In this document: positions 11,410 to 25,653 of the stretch, in pieces | How positions within the stretch are numbered: position 1 is the stretch's first letter | Layout of the letters: each line of letters starts with the position of its first letter | Assembly: GCA_951406725.2 (NCBI GenBank) | Contig: OX597814.1 | Location: 132,060,001-132,124,000, forward strand | DNA length: 64,000 nucleotides | Direction: 5' to 3' | Origin: Octopus vulgaris | Lineage: Eukaryota | The notes under the pieces: model-generated | Database searches by the model: none | What the model saw: the letters and a program-made list of their open reading frames with translations, nothing else | What the model was told of the DNA's origin: nothing | Translations under genes and position numbers: made by a program

Positions 11410-14400
11410 ACAACAGCAACGGAGAATACACCGGGGGACGTTTAAGAGAATACACCGGGGGACGTTTAAGATGTAAGAACGATAAAACAGAGCTCTGAAA
11501 TCTATCCACAAACATGGAAAACAAGGACATCGTATGGAGCCAAAGATTTACTAGCAAAGGATTGGACTGTACCCGAGTAAGTAATACTCATTGAAATTTA
11601 TTATTATTTTCGAAACGAAATGATGTATTTTGACCCGATATCATTTCCACCTCTAACACAACACATGTAAACATGCGTGGTACATAACGATCCATCAACG
11701 CCAGATCATCCCCGACCCCAAACACCATGTACAAAGGAACTACGAAGAAATTAAATACCACCGATATTATTCAACCCAAGAATATCAATCGGGAGGTACG
11801 TACTTTAAACTTAAAACACAAAATGTACGAAAAACTACACGTGCAAAACAATGTGACAACAGAAATGAACGGACCGGTACCCTACGAAAATGACGACCGT
11901 CAAAATAATGGGCCGGACGTTGTTCTTCATGTCCCGCAAATAAAACCCAAAAGACATGAATGAACACGTGAGGAATACATTTCTATCCTACACGCATACT
12001 TCACAGCAGTGCTCTACCCAAAAAGTGAAAACACCACAACACATACATAAAAAATATGGAAGGAAAATAACATAAATATAGACTTGGATACAGCAATGAA
12101 CCCTAATAAACTAGCTAACGTACGAAGATACATTTTCAACGCAAAAAAATATCAGAAATAGAAGTAGAACATCTAAAAGAAAAAATACACCAGGAAAATG
12201 TAGATAGAAGCCACACAACAATGCCCGATAATATAAACACTGAAACAGTAAAACACGAAGACAAACGTAACATTTCCAACAAACACGATGTAAACAAAAA
12301 ACAACAATCCAGACCGTAAGGATGCATAATAATACACGACAAACAGCAAGCCAAAACACGGCAAACAAACATATAAATAAGAAAGAAAGCGACACAAATC
12401 TAAAACCTGGAAACAACGAAGGGGAGCCTAATGATTATGATAATATAAAAAGTAGAATAATCAAAGAACTGAAAACCACAGAGCTCAAAATGGACCACCG
12501 ACCATACCTCCCAAAAATCAAAATAGACGAAACGACAACACCAATTATAAACAGCATAAACCTAACCGTCACGGAATTAATAGCCACTGACACAAAAAGC
12601 GATATCACTGAGCTTAATGACTTAGTATACGCAGCAGCCACTGCAGCCACAAAAGAAGCTGGATACTCACTCAAACCCATCCAAACAGGAGTACCACCAC
12701 CCAAACAAACCCTGTGGATAAATAACATCCAAAACAAAATACAAAAAATGAGAAAAGATCTGTCGATTCTTAATGAAATCAGTAGACAATCAACGCTACT
12801 GAGCAACAGAAAGAAAACAAAAATACTCCGCAAATATAACATCACAGAAAAAGATTTACCTGAGATAAAAGAAAAGCTGAAGCAAGATATCCTTGCCAAA
12901 GCACAAAGGATCCGCCGGTACGAGAAACGCCAGCGCTTCTTTGAACAAAACAAAAAGTTCAACTCCAACCCCAAAAGGTTCTACCAAGAACTTGGCAAAA
13001 ATAAAATAGAAATCACTGCAGCACCAACGGCAGAAGAAGTGGAAGAATTCTGGAGAGAAATATGGTCGGCGAACGAACAACCAAAAAAAAGGAGTATCAA
13101 AACAACAAACACAGCATCTGAGCAACTTTGAACCCCCATAACAGCTGAAGAGGTCACCCAGGCACTGCAAAGACTAAGCAACTGGAAGACACCTGGACAT
13201 GACAAGATTCCCAACTTCTGGTTGAAATATCTAACAGGAATGCACAAAAAGCTGGCTGAAAATTTAACAACATACTAGCAGAGCCAGAGACAATGCCTGA
13301 ATAGTTCACGAAGGGGAAAACCATCTTAATTCCCAAATCAAATGAGACAGCAAAACCAGAAAACTACAGACCAATAACCTGTCTCCCTACTATGTACAAG
13401 GCATTTACTGCAGTGATATCGCAATGGTTGAACAAGCACCTGGACGAAAACCACCTGTTTCCAGGAGAGCAGAAAGGATGCCGCAAAGGCTCATATGGCT
13501 GTAAAGATCAACTAATGATTAATAAAGCCATAACTGAAGACAGCCACAGAAAGAAGAAAGGCCTCAGTATGGCCTGGATCGACTACAAAAAGGCGTTTGA
13601 TAGCATCCCCCACACATGGATCCTCGAAACACTAGCCATTAACAAAGTAGCACCAACAATTATAAAATTCATAGGGCACTCTATGAATAAATGGCAAACA
13701 GTGCTACACCTCCAAACAAAAGAGGGACTCATGAAAACAAAAGACATCCCCATTAGAAGAGGAATATTCCAGGGAGACACGCTCTCTCCACTCCTTTTCT
13801 ACTTGGCACTGTCACCTCTATCTGATATGCTAAATAGAACTGGATGCGGATATAAATGCTACGGCAAAACGATCAGCCACCTTTTATATATGGATGACCT
13901 AAAACTATACGCTGCAAATGACAAACAGCTGGAAACACTATTAAAGACAGTTCATGCATTTACCAAAGAAATAGATATGAAATTTGGATTAGAAAAATGC
14001 GCCAAAGTAACCATGAAAAGAGGAAAACTAGTTAAGAGTAGCAACATCACTCTAGATAAAACCAATGAAATAAAAGAATTAGACCAAACCAAACTTACAA
14101 ATACTTAGGAATCCATGAACTAGATAAGACACAACACACACAAATGAACGAGAAAATAAAAAAAGAATATTATAGACGAGTTAGATCAATACTAAAAACA
14201 GAGCTCAATGCTAAAAACAAGATAATAGGTATTAACACTTTAGCTGTCCCAGTTATAAGTTACAGCTACAATATCCTTAACTGGACACTAAATGAATTGA
14301 CCAAAATAGATAGGAAAACAAGAAAAATAATGACAGGATCTAGGATGCATCACCCAAAATCTGACATAGAAAGACTATATATACAACGTATAGAAGGTGG

Positions 14401-15596
14401 TAGAGGCCTTATACAGCTGGAAAACTACTGTAAAATAACCATCATAGGACTGCAAAAATATCTACTTCAGAAGGAAGGAAATCTGATACAAATAGCGGCA
14501 AAACACGAGCAAAACAAAAAACTGTTCTCAGTATTTAAGGAAGCTGACAAATACAAACAAGAAATCATACCACATAATAAATATGAAGAAGAAGAAGAAG
14601 AAGAAGAAGAAGAAGAAGAAGAAGAAGAAGAAGAAGAAGAAGAAGAAGAAGAAGAAGAAGAAGAAGAAGAAGAAGAAGAAGAAGAAGAAGAAGAAGAAGA
14701 AGAAGAAGAAGAAGAAGAAGAAGAAGAAGATAAAGAAACAACAAAAGCTATAAAACAAATGAAATCCAAACTAAAATTAGAACAGCAATGAACCATGATA
14801 AAACGATGGCAAGAAAAGCCCCTTCATGGTAAATACTGGACTAAACTAAACGCAAAAGAAATAGACAAAGAAAAATCCCAGCAATGGTTGAGAAGCTCAG
14901 GACTCAAAGCAGAGACAGAGGGATTTTTAATTGCAGCACAAGACCGAAGCCTCCCCACCAGAAATTACCAAAAACATGTAATGAAGAGAAATATAACAAG
15001 TAACTGCAGAATATGTGGAGATGGACAAGAAACAATAAATCATATTATCTCTGGCTGCCTAGTCCTGGCTAAGAAGGAATATATTCACAGACATGACAGA
15101 GTTGGAACCTACATACACTGGAAGCTATGCCAACATTATGGAATAACAACAGAAAAAAGATGGTATAGGCACACACCAGAAAAGGTCTCAGAAAACGAGA
15201 AAGCAACCATACTCTGGGATATGCCGATACACACAGATAGAGAAATTAAGGCCAACAGACCAGATATAGTTGTCAGAGATCATGAAGAAAAAAATGCATT
15301 CTAATTGATGTATCAATACCGGCAGATGACAACATGTCTCTAAAAGAAATGGAGAAACTTTCAAAATACAAAGACCTGGAAATAGAGGTAACCAGAATGT
15401 GGAATCTAAAAACAGAAACAATTCCTATCATAGTAGGTGCATTAGGCATGATAAAAAAATATTCAGACAAATACTGGGCACTGCACACATCCTACGCAGA
15501 ACACTTTCCATAAAATAACCATCAGAGCATCACAACAAATCACAGCACATACCTAAGGCACACAGACCTTTTCTCGGTATTGAAGTGAAAGCACGC

Positions 15597-15597
<1 letters not shown>
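11410..15597 (+). mobile_element. Near full-length R4/Dong-like non-LTR retrotransposon (RT plus restriction-like endonuclease), inactivated
   Basis: Fragmented ORFs 12322-15500: PG.D.I, NYRPITCL, WIDYKKAFDS, GIFQGDTLSPLLF, YMDDLKLY, CRICG..ETINHIISGC knuckle, RHD, PDIVV, K..KY..L. (TAA)n on both flanks; several frameshifts and stops. Confidence 0.9.
14585..14730 (+). repeat. (GAA)n tract in frame within the LINE ORF (poly-Glu)
   Basis: About 48 GAA units, and the reading frame continues through them. Confidence 0.95.
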
Positions 15598-15652
<55 letters not shown>

Positions 15653-15720
15653 TAATAATAATAATGATAATAATAATAATGATAATAATAATAATGATAA
15701 TAATAATAATGATAATGATA

Positions 15721-15777
<57 letters not shown>

Positions 15778-15832
15778 CTGATGATGATGCTGATGATGAT
15801 GATGATGATGATGCTGCTGCTGATGATGATGA

Positions 15833-15864
<32 letters not shown>

Positions 15865-15866
15865 AT

Positions 15867-15947
<81 letters not shown>

Positions 15948-16001
15948 AATAATAATAATAATAATAATACGTTGGCAAAAGAATAATAAAAATAAGGATA
16001 C

Positions 16002-16042
<41 letters not shown>
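15598..16042. repeat. Compound trinucleotide microsatellite (TAA/TGA/TGC, then TTA)
   Basis: Seen directly in the sequence. Confidence 0.95.
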
Positions 16043-16045
<3 letters not shown>

Positions 16046-16460
16046 AAGATTTGCTAATCGAAATCGAAAAGATGTGTCATCTCAAGACGGTTAAAATATC
16101 AGTGGTTGTAAGAGCACTTATCATCATCAAAAAAGAAGCTGAAAATCATTTGAGAATCATCCCTGGCTTACCATCCATGCAGGAAGTGCAACAGAATGTC
16201 CTAAGTGGTGCGTCACACGTATCAAGAAAAGCATTTTCCCTGGATTTTCTTTCCCTTTCCCTCTTTATTTTCTGTTTACTTTTTTTATTTTCTGTTTTCT
16301 TTTTCTCTCTGTCGTTCTTCCCCTTTTTCTGTACCAGATGACTTTGTAAAGGAACAATGTAGTATGTTTATTTTTATGGCCTACAGTGAGTTTCTCTGGT
16401 CTAGGTGTCAGGAAGACACTCGGCAAGAAAAAGAAACAAAACTGAAAGAAGATGATAATG
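16043..16460 (+). mobile_element. Degenerate 3' end of a second R4-like RLE LINE
   Basis: YKDLLIEIEKMCHLKTVKISVVVRAL...IPGLPSMQEVQQNVLSGASHV resembles the C-terminus at 15370-15510. Confidence 0.7.
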
Positions 16461-16467
16461 AAAATAA

Positions 16468-17095
16468 TAAGAGACCTCAGAGAGTGCAAACCTCCGCCAA
16501 AGGAAACACTAACGTTCTCTCAACGATTAGCCAGAGATGATTTTTAAAATGAGAATATCAGAAATAACTCGACTGCTCTCAAACGAAATTATTAAAAATG
16601 AATCCGACTGCTCTCAAAAATTAACTAAAAAAAAGCGGAAAAAATAACCCAGAATCCTTATCCGTTTTAAATGAATAAAGTGAGACCCTTTGGTTTGCTC
16701 TTCTCTTAAATACTGGGCTTCTTTTATTAATCCTGTTGTTTTAGATCGATGCATAGAATTATGTATATATGTATGTATACTGTAAAGTATTAATATGTAT
16801 GTATAATATATAACATAAGGGAGATAATATAATATATTATCATATAAGGGAGATAATCAGACAAAAATTTGAAAGACCATCTAAAGTAAAGTAAATATAA
16901 CAAAAAATAATCCAGAATCCTTTTCCGGTACCGGATCGAGCCCAAAATTTAATCAGTCCGTACCAGTCACGAGGCCAAGCATCCCTGAAAGTTTCATCCG
17001 AATCCCTCCAGCAGTTCTTGAAATATCCTGTCTAAGGACAAACAAACGCGACCGAAACAATACCTCCGCCTTCGCTAAGGCGGGGGTAGTAATAA
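16468..17095 (-). mobile_element. Helentron-associated (HINE/DINE-1-like) non-autonomous element
   Basis: ACCTCCGCC motif near both ends, hairpin CCTCCGCCTTCGCTAAGGCGGGGG, (GTTT)-like tract, TT-rich flanks on the minus strand. Confidence 0.55.
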
Positions 17096-17199
17096 TACCA
17101 GGATCATAAGTGCGCCTGACATCCTTGTTACTTATTTGGATATCGCAGTTCCAGCTACACTGATCGCATATTGCAGTTCCAGTAAAACCGGTTATTCTC

Positions 17200-20100
17200 A
17201 AATAACCAGAGGCAGTTTTTTAAGAGCTTAGGAGAAAATACAGAAGATAATACAGCTCCTGAAGCAGAAGAAATCTGCCAAATTTGGAATAACATCTGGA
17301 AGCAAGAAGTTTCGCACAACCACAGTGCTGAGTGGATTAATTCCGTGAGATCCGAACTGAATCACCCGGAGGCTCCACGCGGTAGGACCAGACGAAATTC
17401 AAGGATACCGGATCAAGTGATTTAGGTCAACACATTAGAGAATTACGTTGCAATTAGACGATTGCCTACAGAGCGGTGCAGCTCCAAAGTGGATGGTAGA
17501 GGGAAAACAGCATTGTTAATGAAAGATCGGTGAAAGTGTGCACTGATTAAGAACAGCATGCCTAGTTGGAAAACACGTCTTTCCTGCAACAACCAGCACT
17601 TAGCTAGGGTAACAATCAAAAGAAGTATCTTCCAAGGAAACTCTTGTTCACTTCTGTTATTTGTTATGACTTTAAACTTGACTGCCATCAACACATGTGC
17701 GGTTGCTGTAGATTTAGTTCAAGGGTACTGGTTAAAGATATTTAGTAGTTTTCATGGAGGGTGAGAGAACAGCTTCAGGATTGCCTTAATGGAGGAATAA
17801 TACCAGATTGGATGATTAGGGGTAGGACAATACTTATTATGAAGGATAAGAGCAAGGGTAATACAGCTTGCAACTATAGACCAAATACTTGCTTATCATT
17901 AGTGTGGAAGTAGTTAACAGGAATGCTAACAGAAAGCATTTATGAGGACAATGACAACCAGAATTTACTATCAGAAGAACAGAAAAGTTGAAAGGAGAAA
18001 GCTAGAGGAACGCATAATCTATTATGTATATAGACAAAGGAGTTCTAAATGAAGTAAATGCTAGAAGGAAAAATCTACATGGATGATCTGATTCTTTTTA
18101 GTAAGAATGAAAAAGAGAAAGATTCCTTAATACGTACTGTAAGAGTCTTCGGCAAAGATATAGGCATGGAATTTGGCATAGATAAGTGTGCAATATTAGT
18201 CATGAGAAGGGGACAGGTAGTCAAATGTGAAGGCATCGAATTACCAGAGGGCCAGAAATTAAAATCATTAAAAGGAGGAGAGAGTTATAAGTATCTAGGA
18301 GTATTAGAACCTGACAGAGAACAAACTACAGAAAAGAAACTGAAAATTGAGAAGGAGACATCAGAAGGGTGAGGAAGTTAATGAAGTCAAAGCTAAATGG
18401 TCCAAATCTAGTGAAGGCTGTAAATACTTGGGCAGTATCATTACTTGTATATTCAGCAGCTTTTGTAAATTGGACAAAGACTGAATTCACAAAGCTAGAC
18501 AGAAGAACTAGGAAGGAATTCAATATGAATGGAGGACTCAAAGAGCAGGAGTAGCAAGATTATACCTACTTACACACGAAAGGAGAAGAGAATTAATATC
18601 AGTAGAAGAATGTATGGAGTTAGCTAGAGTATATATAGACTTCTATGTAGGTAATAGCGAAGAAGGTTTATTAAAAGCTGCTAGAGTCACATCAAGACAT
18701 AAAGAACCCTTCCACCAAAAAACAAACGAAATCTAAAACCATAAAAAGAACAGAAATTATCTGACTTGGAGGAGAAGGCGTTGCATGGTATATTCCTCAA
18801 AATAGTTGCAGCAAATAGTAGTAGTGTGACTTGGTTATGGTTTCAAAAAGGAAAGCTGAAGAGGGGGACAGAAAATTTGTTAGTAGCTGCGCAAGGTCAA
18901 GCATTGAGGGCTAATTGGATAAATGTCAAAATAGACAAAAAATCAAGTAGATTCTCAAAGTAGATTATGCAAATCCAAAGAAGAAATTACTATCAGGAGG
19001 AATTGCAGAAAACTATAAATTTCTTGATGAGAACGATATATTAGTGCCCGAACAAAAAGGCTGTAGAAGGAGATGCAGATACTTCCAAAGACTAAGATTG
19101 GTATTGCGCTCAAAATTGATGGATGGAATATAGTCCAAGCAGTTAATACATGAGTGATACCAACACTTCGGTATGGAGCGAGATTTATAAAATGGTAAAA
19201 GAGAGAAGGGAAGAAAATGGACACCTAGACCAGAAAAAAGTTTACAGTACACAGAGCCTTCCACTCTAAGAGTGATACCGATAGGCTCGTCTTAGGCATA
19301 AAAACGGGTGGGAGAGTTTAATCAGCTGCCAGGACTGTATCGAAGCGAAAGTAAACAGCTTAGAGTGATATATAAAAAACAATGCTGTGGAGCCGTTGTT
19401 AAAATATATGAAGACGGTCAGCGTCATCAAAACTGGAAATTGTGTAACTAAAGAAAAATTTAAACAAGAAATGAACACACACACACACACTCACACACAA
19501 AGAAAAAGCATGGAAGGAAAAAATGTTACGGTCAGTCTGCAAGAGATGTAAACTCAAAGACAGATAGAGAGGACTACTGGTGGCTATGGATGAGGAGGAA
19601 TGACCTGAAGATACAGACAGAAGCACTCATGTGCACAGCTCAAGAATAAGGGTTAAGGATGAATTATGTGAAATATAGAATTGGCAACACTACCGACTGC
19701 AACAAATACAGAATGTGTGGTGGGAGAATTGAAACGGTATGGCACATCGTTAGCGAGTGACCGAAATTGGCACATCGCGAAGATAAAAGACACCATGACA
19801 ATGTGACAAGAATGATCCATTGGGAGCTCTGTAGAGATCACGGCCTACAAAGAGAAAACACATGGAATGAGAAAGCTCCAGAAGGAGTCACCGAGAATTG
19901 CAAAATCCTGTAGGATACAATGATGCAGTACGAGCACTTGATCAGACATCGGAAACCGGACATTGTTGTGATGAATAAAAAAGAAAGAACATGTATCATA
20001 ATAAACATAGCATGCTCCGGTGACAACAGGATCAATGTGAAAGAAGAAAAATAAACAACTGTGACGATTCCAGGATCCTAAAGAAAAAAAAAAGAAGAAA

Positions 20101-20260
20101 ATACAAAGAAAATACATTCCCTTAAAATTTGAAATAGGAAGAATTTAGAGCATGTGAACAGTAAAGGTCTTGCTTATATTAAATGGTGCGTTGGGAACCG
20201 TAAGCCGAGATATATAGACTAATTGTTGAAGGAAATTGAAATAGAATGTTCTCGACTGAC
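17200..20260 (+). mobile_element. Nest of old, degenerate R4/Dong-like LINE fragments
   Basis: Remnant motifs: IKRSIFQG, NYRP.TCL, YMDDLILF, FGIDKCA, YKYLGVLE, AVNTWAVS, LLVAAQ.QALR, PDIVV. Confidence 0.75.
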
Positions 20261-20418
20261 ATTTTGTTCTAAAGCATACATTTATTGAGTTCTAACACAA
20301 AGTTATTAGAATCACTATGTCTAAGTGAAATGATAATACACATACACACAAACACACACACATATATACACACATACATGCGTACATATGTACATACATA
20401 CATACATACGTACATACA

Positions 20419-20451
<33 letters not shown>

Positions 20452-20460
20452 TTTTATGTA

Positions 20461-20642
20461 GGCGCAGGAGTGGCTGTGTGGTAAGTAGCTTGTTTACCAG
20501 CCACATAGTTCCGGGTTCATTCCCACTGCCTTGGGCAAGTGTCTTCAGCTATAGCCTCGGGTCGACCAAAGCCCAGGGAGTGGATTAGGTAGACGGAAAC
20601 TAAAATAAGCCCGTCGTATATATGTGTATATATATATATATA

Positions 20643-20673
<31 letters not shown>

Positions 20674-20866
20674 GTGTTTGTGTGTCTGTGTTTGTCTCCT
20701 CGCAATCACTTGATAACCGACGCTGGTGTGTCTCCGTCCCCGTAACCTAGGGGTTCAGCAAAATAGACCGATGGAATAAGTTCTGGAGTTGATTTGTTCG
20801 ACTAAAGGCGGTGCTCCAGCTTGGCCGCAGTCAAATGACTGAAACAAATAAAAGAGTAAAAGAGTT
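20461..20866 (+). mobile_element. SINE family A
   Basis: Full head-to-tail match to the family consensus. Confidence 0.85.
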
Positions 20867-20886
20867 ATATATATATATTTATATAT

Positions 20887-21674
<788 letters not shown>

Positions 21675-21689
21675 TATATTCTTTCTATT

Positions 21690-21807
<118 letters not shown>

Positions 21808-21834
21808 CATATATATATATAAATATATATATAC

Positions 21835-22246
21835 ATACAAAATGGGACAAGAACGCAAAACATCCAGATAGACGATACAAAGAAAACAAGGACGGGTCAT
21901 TCGGAGTTTTCTGTCCTCAGTCGAGATCCAGATTATCTTTTCAATTTCGGCTGGCTATACTCGAGAGTGCTCCAATCCGGCCGGCCCCAGGGAAAAACTA
22001 AGGTAAGAGCATTAGATTCGTTGGAAAAAAAGCAGCGAATGTAAACGAAAACAAGGACGAAAAAATACAAATACAAATAAAATACAAATAACAGGACAAA
22101 GCAACTGGTGTCTTTCGACTAAGGACAAATTAAATTAAGCTGGCGTGTGTGGAAGTAAAGCTTTACGGCATGGATACAAGATTTCACAGGCACAGGGAAG
22201 AAAATAGATGTTGCACGGACAGCGGCCGAACCAAGAAAGAAAGGTC

Positions 22247-22288
<42 letters not shown>

Positions 22289-22803
22289 AATTAATAAATA
22301 AAATAAAACATATGCATATATACATACATATATGTACGCACCTACCTCTACATGTATATATACATGCATATATGGGTACAGGACACCAAAATAACGTCGA
22401 ACACAATGAGAAACGAAAACATACACACAAAACCAAGGAAATGGACATTTTTCTTAAAAAACGAAAAAATAGAGTACAGGACATACAATACAAGGAAAAT
22501 TCCCCTTCTTCAGTCGCTTTTGTTTCATCTACTACGCATTTTGAAGGCCAAGGCGAGACACGTCTTTAATGAAACTTTCCTTCCCGCGAAAAACAAATTA
22601 GATAAAATTTGAGATTTTTTTGCGGATGGGTAAAATGGTAACAAAAACAGGACAGTAATAACAGTACAAAATATAAACAGTAAAAAACAGGACAAGGAGA
22701 ATAACAGTAAACACAGACAAGAAGGGCAGTTAAGCTGAACGAGATAAAATATTCCGAACGCTATATTTGAGAACGGCAATGGAGCCACAGAAAATGCCGT
22801 CTA
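21835..22803 (+). repeat. Interspersed non-coding repeat P (copies at 34678-35516 and inverted 35517-36364)
   Basis: 22005-22803 aligns with 34678-35409. Confidence 0.8.
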
Positions 22804-23258
22804 GGTAGAGATAAAAAGAAATAATGGTGAGGAACAATGAAATCGATGAGTTTATGTAACCAAATAAATTTTAAGTATCCATTAACATAGGTTTAAAATA
22901 TTTGCACAAGTTCAGCAATGTCGGTATTAAATCGACCCCAGTGCTCAACGGGTACTTAACTTATCGATCTCAAAATGATGGAAGGCAAAGTTGACGCCTG
23001 TGGTATTTTAACTCAGAAAGTAAAGACGACGAAATGTTACTAAGTATCTTGCCCAGCGTGCTAACGGCTCTGCCAGCTCACCATCCTAAATTTCAATGAT
23101 CGACACAGCTAGTAACATCGGGGGTAGGAGCTAAATCGATTACATCGACCCCAGTGCTCAACCAGTATTTATTTAATCGACATCAGAAGGATGGAAGGCA
23201 TTTTGGGGTTTATTTACTTTCAGTTGGTTGGTTATTTTGTTAATGTGTTTACACCTAC

Positions 23259-23310
<52 letters not shown>

Positions 23311-24200
23311 TACCGAGCGCAGCTCTGTGTGCCTTGGGTATGTGCTGTGATTTGTTGTGATGCTCTGATGGTTATTGTATGGAAAGTGTTCTGCGTAGGA
23401 TGTGTGCAGTGCCTAGTAGTGCAATTTTCTGTATGTTATATGTGTTTGTAAGTCCTGGTGTTTTTGCTATGTATTTGTCTGAATATTTTTTTATCATGCC
23501 TAATGCACCTACTATGATAGGAATTGTTTCTGTTTTCAGGTTCCACATTCTAGTTATCTCTATTTCCAGGTCTTTGTATTTTGAGAGTTTCTCCATTTCT
23601 TTTAGAGACACGTTGTCATCTGCCGGTATTAATACATCAATTAGAAAGCATTTTTTTTCTTCATGATCTCTGACAACTATATCTGGTCTGTTGGCCTTAA
23701 TTTCTCTATCTGTGTGTATCGGCATATCCCAGAGTATGGTTGCTTTCTCGTTTTCTGTGACCTTTTCTGGTGTGTGCCTATACCATCTTTTTTCTGTTGT
23801 TATTCCATAATGTTGGCATAGCTTCCAATGTATGTAGGTTCCAACTCTGTCATGTCTGTGAATATATTCCTTCTTAGCCAGGACTGGGCAGCTAGAGATA
23901 ATATGATTTATTGTTTCTTGTCCATCTCCACATATTCTGCAGTTACTTGTAATATTTCTTTTCATTACATGTTTTTGGTAATTTCTGGTGGGGAGGCTTT
24001 GGTCTTGTGCTGCAATTAAAAATCCCTCTGTTTCTGCTTTGAGTCCTGAGCTTCTCAACCATTGCTGGGATTTTTCTTTGTCTATTTCTTTTGCGTTTAG
24101 TTTAGTGCAGTATTTACCATGAAGGGGCTTTTCTTGCCATCGTTTTATCATGGCTCGTTGCTGTTCTATTTTTAGTTTGGATTTCATTTGTTTTATAGCT

Positions 24201-24205
<5 letters not shown>
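23311..24205 (-). mobile_element. 5'-truncated copy of the R4/Dong-like LINE, intact C-terminal ORF, embedded in (TAA)n
   Basis: ORF 23372-24304 is nearly identical to 14740-15515. (TTA)n on both sides; absent from duplication copy 2. Confidence 0.92.
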
Positions 24206-24284
<79 letters not shown>

Positions 24285-24634
24285 ATTATTTTTTTAATTG
24301 TCATTATTATTATTTTTAATGTATATATTTATTTACTTCCATTTCTTTATTTATCCGTGTATTTTATTATGTTTTTAGTTTTGTTTATATTGTTACCAGT
24401 TTAAAATAAAATAAACAAAAACAAAAACAAATTACACGAAAGTATATAAACAGTAGATACAAATATTACAGGCACTTACCCCCCCCCCCCCCACACACAC
24501 ACCCACTAACTAAACATAGACACACACATAGAGATATACGCATTGGCAAATGAAGACATACAATAGGAATACAAAATACAAAATGGCTGACCGTTAGTAA
24601 GGAGAGACACACAAATAAGAAAGAAGAAAGTAAA

Positions 24635-24680
24635 GGACAACTGATGAGGTCACAGGAGTGTGACGAAAGAACTCTGGCCG
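24635..24680 (+). ncRNA. Degenerate hammerhead-like motif
   Basis: CTGATGA-G-GTCACA-GGAG-TGTGAC-GAAA-GAACTC: perfect stem II and core, imperfect stems I and III. Confidence 0.45.
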
Positions 24681-25154
24681 AAATAAGATTAAGATTAATG
24701 TAAAAAATAAATAACGCTGAAGCAAAGTAACACCAAATATATAGTGCGTGTGTTTTTATTGGCTAAACTGGCAAAATGACCATTCCTAAATGCAACAATA
24801 TCTGTTACAACACACGATTTCGCATAAAAAAATTTGCAAAACAAATATATAAACGTAATAAAGAATAGAGACTATTCCTTTTTTAAATTATTATTTACGC
24901 AGTCATTTAATTTCTTATATTTTTCGTCTACGTGACGTTTCCACCGCTATCAGGGCGCACCTTATAATACATTATGATGCTACAATCAATCAAGGGCTTC
25001 TTCAGGATATTTTGACCGTAGGCATCAAATATAAGAAGTTAAATGACTGCATAAATGATAGTAAAAAATTGGATATTCTCTATTGTGTTTTCCCTAAACT
25101 GATACATTATTGTATATATGTATATATATATATGTGTGTGTGTATACATACATG

Positions 25155-25407
25155 TATATAATTTAGAGATAAACCTCTATTAAACAATTCAATAAAGAAA
25201 GATGTTATTCACACATATACTATAAAAAAAACATATTTCAAATAAATCAAGTACAATAAATAGTAAATAGTAGTATTTACTATTTACTAGTTATTGTACT
25301 TTATTGATTTTTAGAATAAGATTTTTTATGGTATGTTTTCTATATGGTGTGAATAACATCTTTCTTCATTGAATTGTTTAACAGAGGTTTTCCTCTCAAT
25401 TATATAC
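25155..25407. repeat. AT-rich palindromic MITE-like element
   Basis: Left arm (AAACCTCTATTAAACAATTCAATAAAGAAAGATGTTATTCACAC) is the reverse complement of the right arm. The left arm is partly deleted in copy 2 (~42710-42900). Confidence 0.7.
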
Positions 25408-25418
25408 ACACACACACT

Positions 25419-25452
<34 letters not shown>

Positions 25453-25618
25453 ACGGGCTTCTTTCATTTCCTGTCTACCAACTCCACTCACGACGTATTA
25501 GTCGGCCCAAGGCTATAGTAGAAGACACTTGCACAAGTTGCCACGCAGTGGGACTAAGCCCAGAACCATGTAGTTAGGAAGCACGTTTCTCACCATACTC
25601 CATGCCTGCGCTTATATG

Positions 25619-25653
<35 letters not shown>

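Noticed and set aside
20461-20530. tRNA genes at SINE heads
   Set aside because: A/B boxes are present, but they continue into SINE bodies and do not form a full cloverleaf.
24925-25025. Minus-strand CTGAAGA...GAAACGTC hammerhead candidate inside an inverted repeat (also ~42380-42480)
   Set aside because: Stem II does not close next to the core and stem I is displaced; at best a scrambled remnant.
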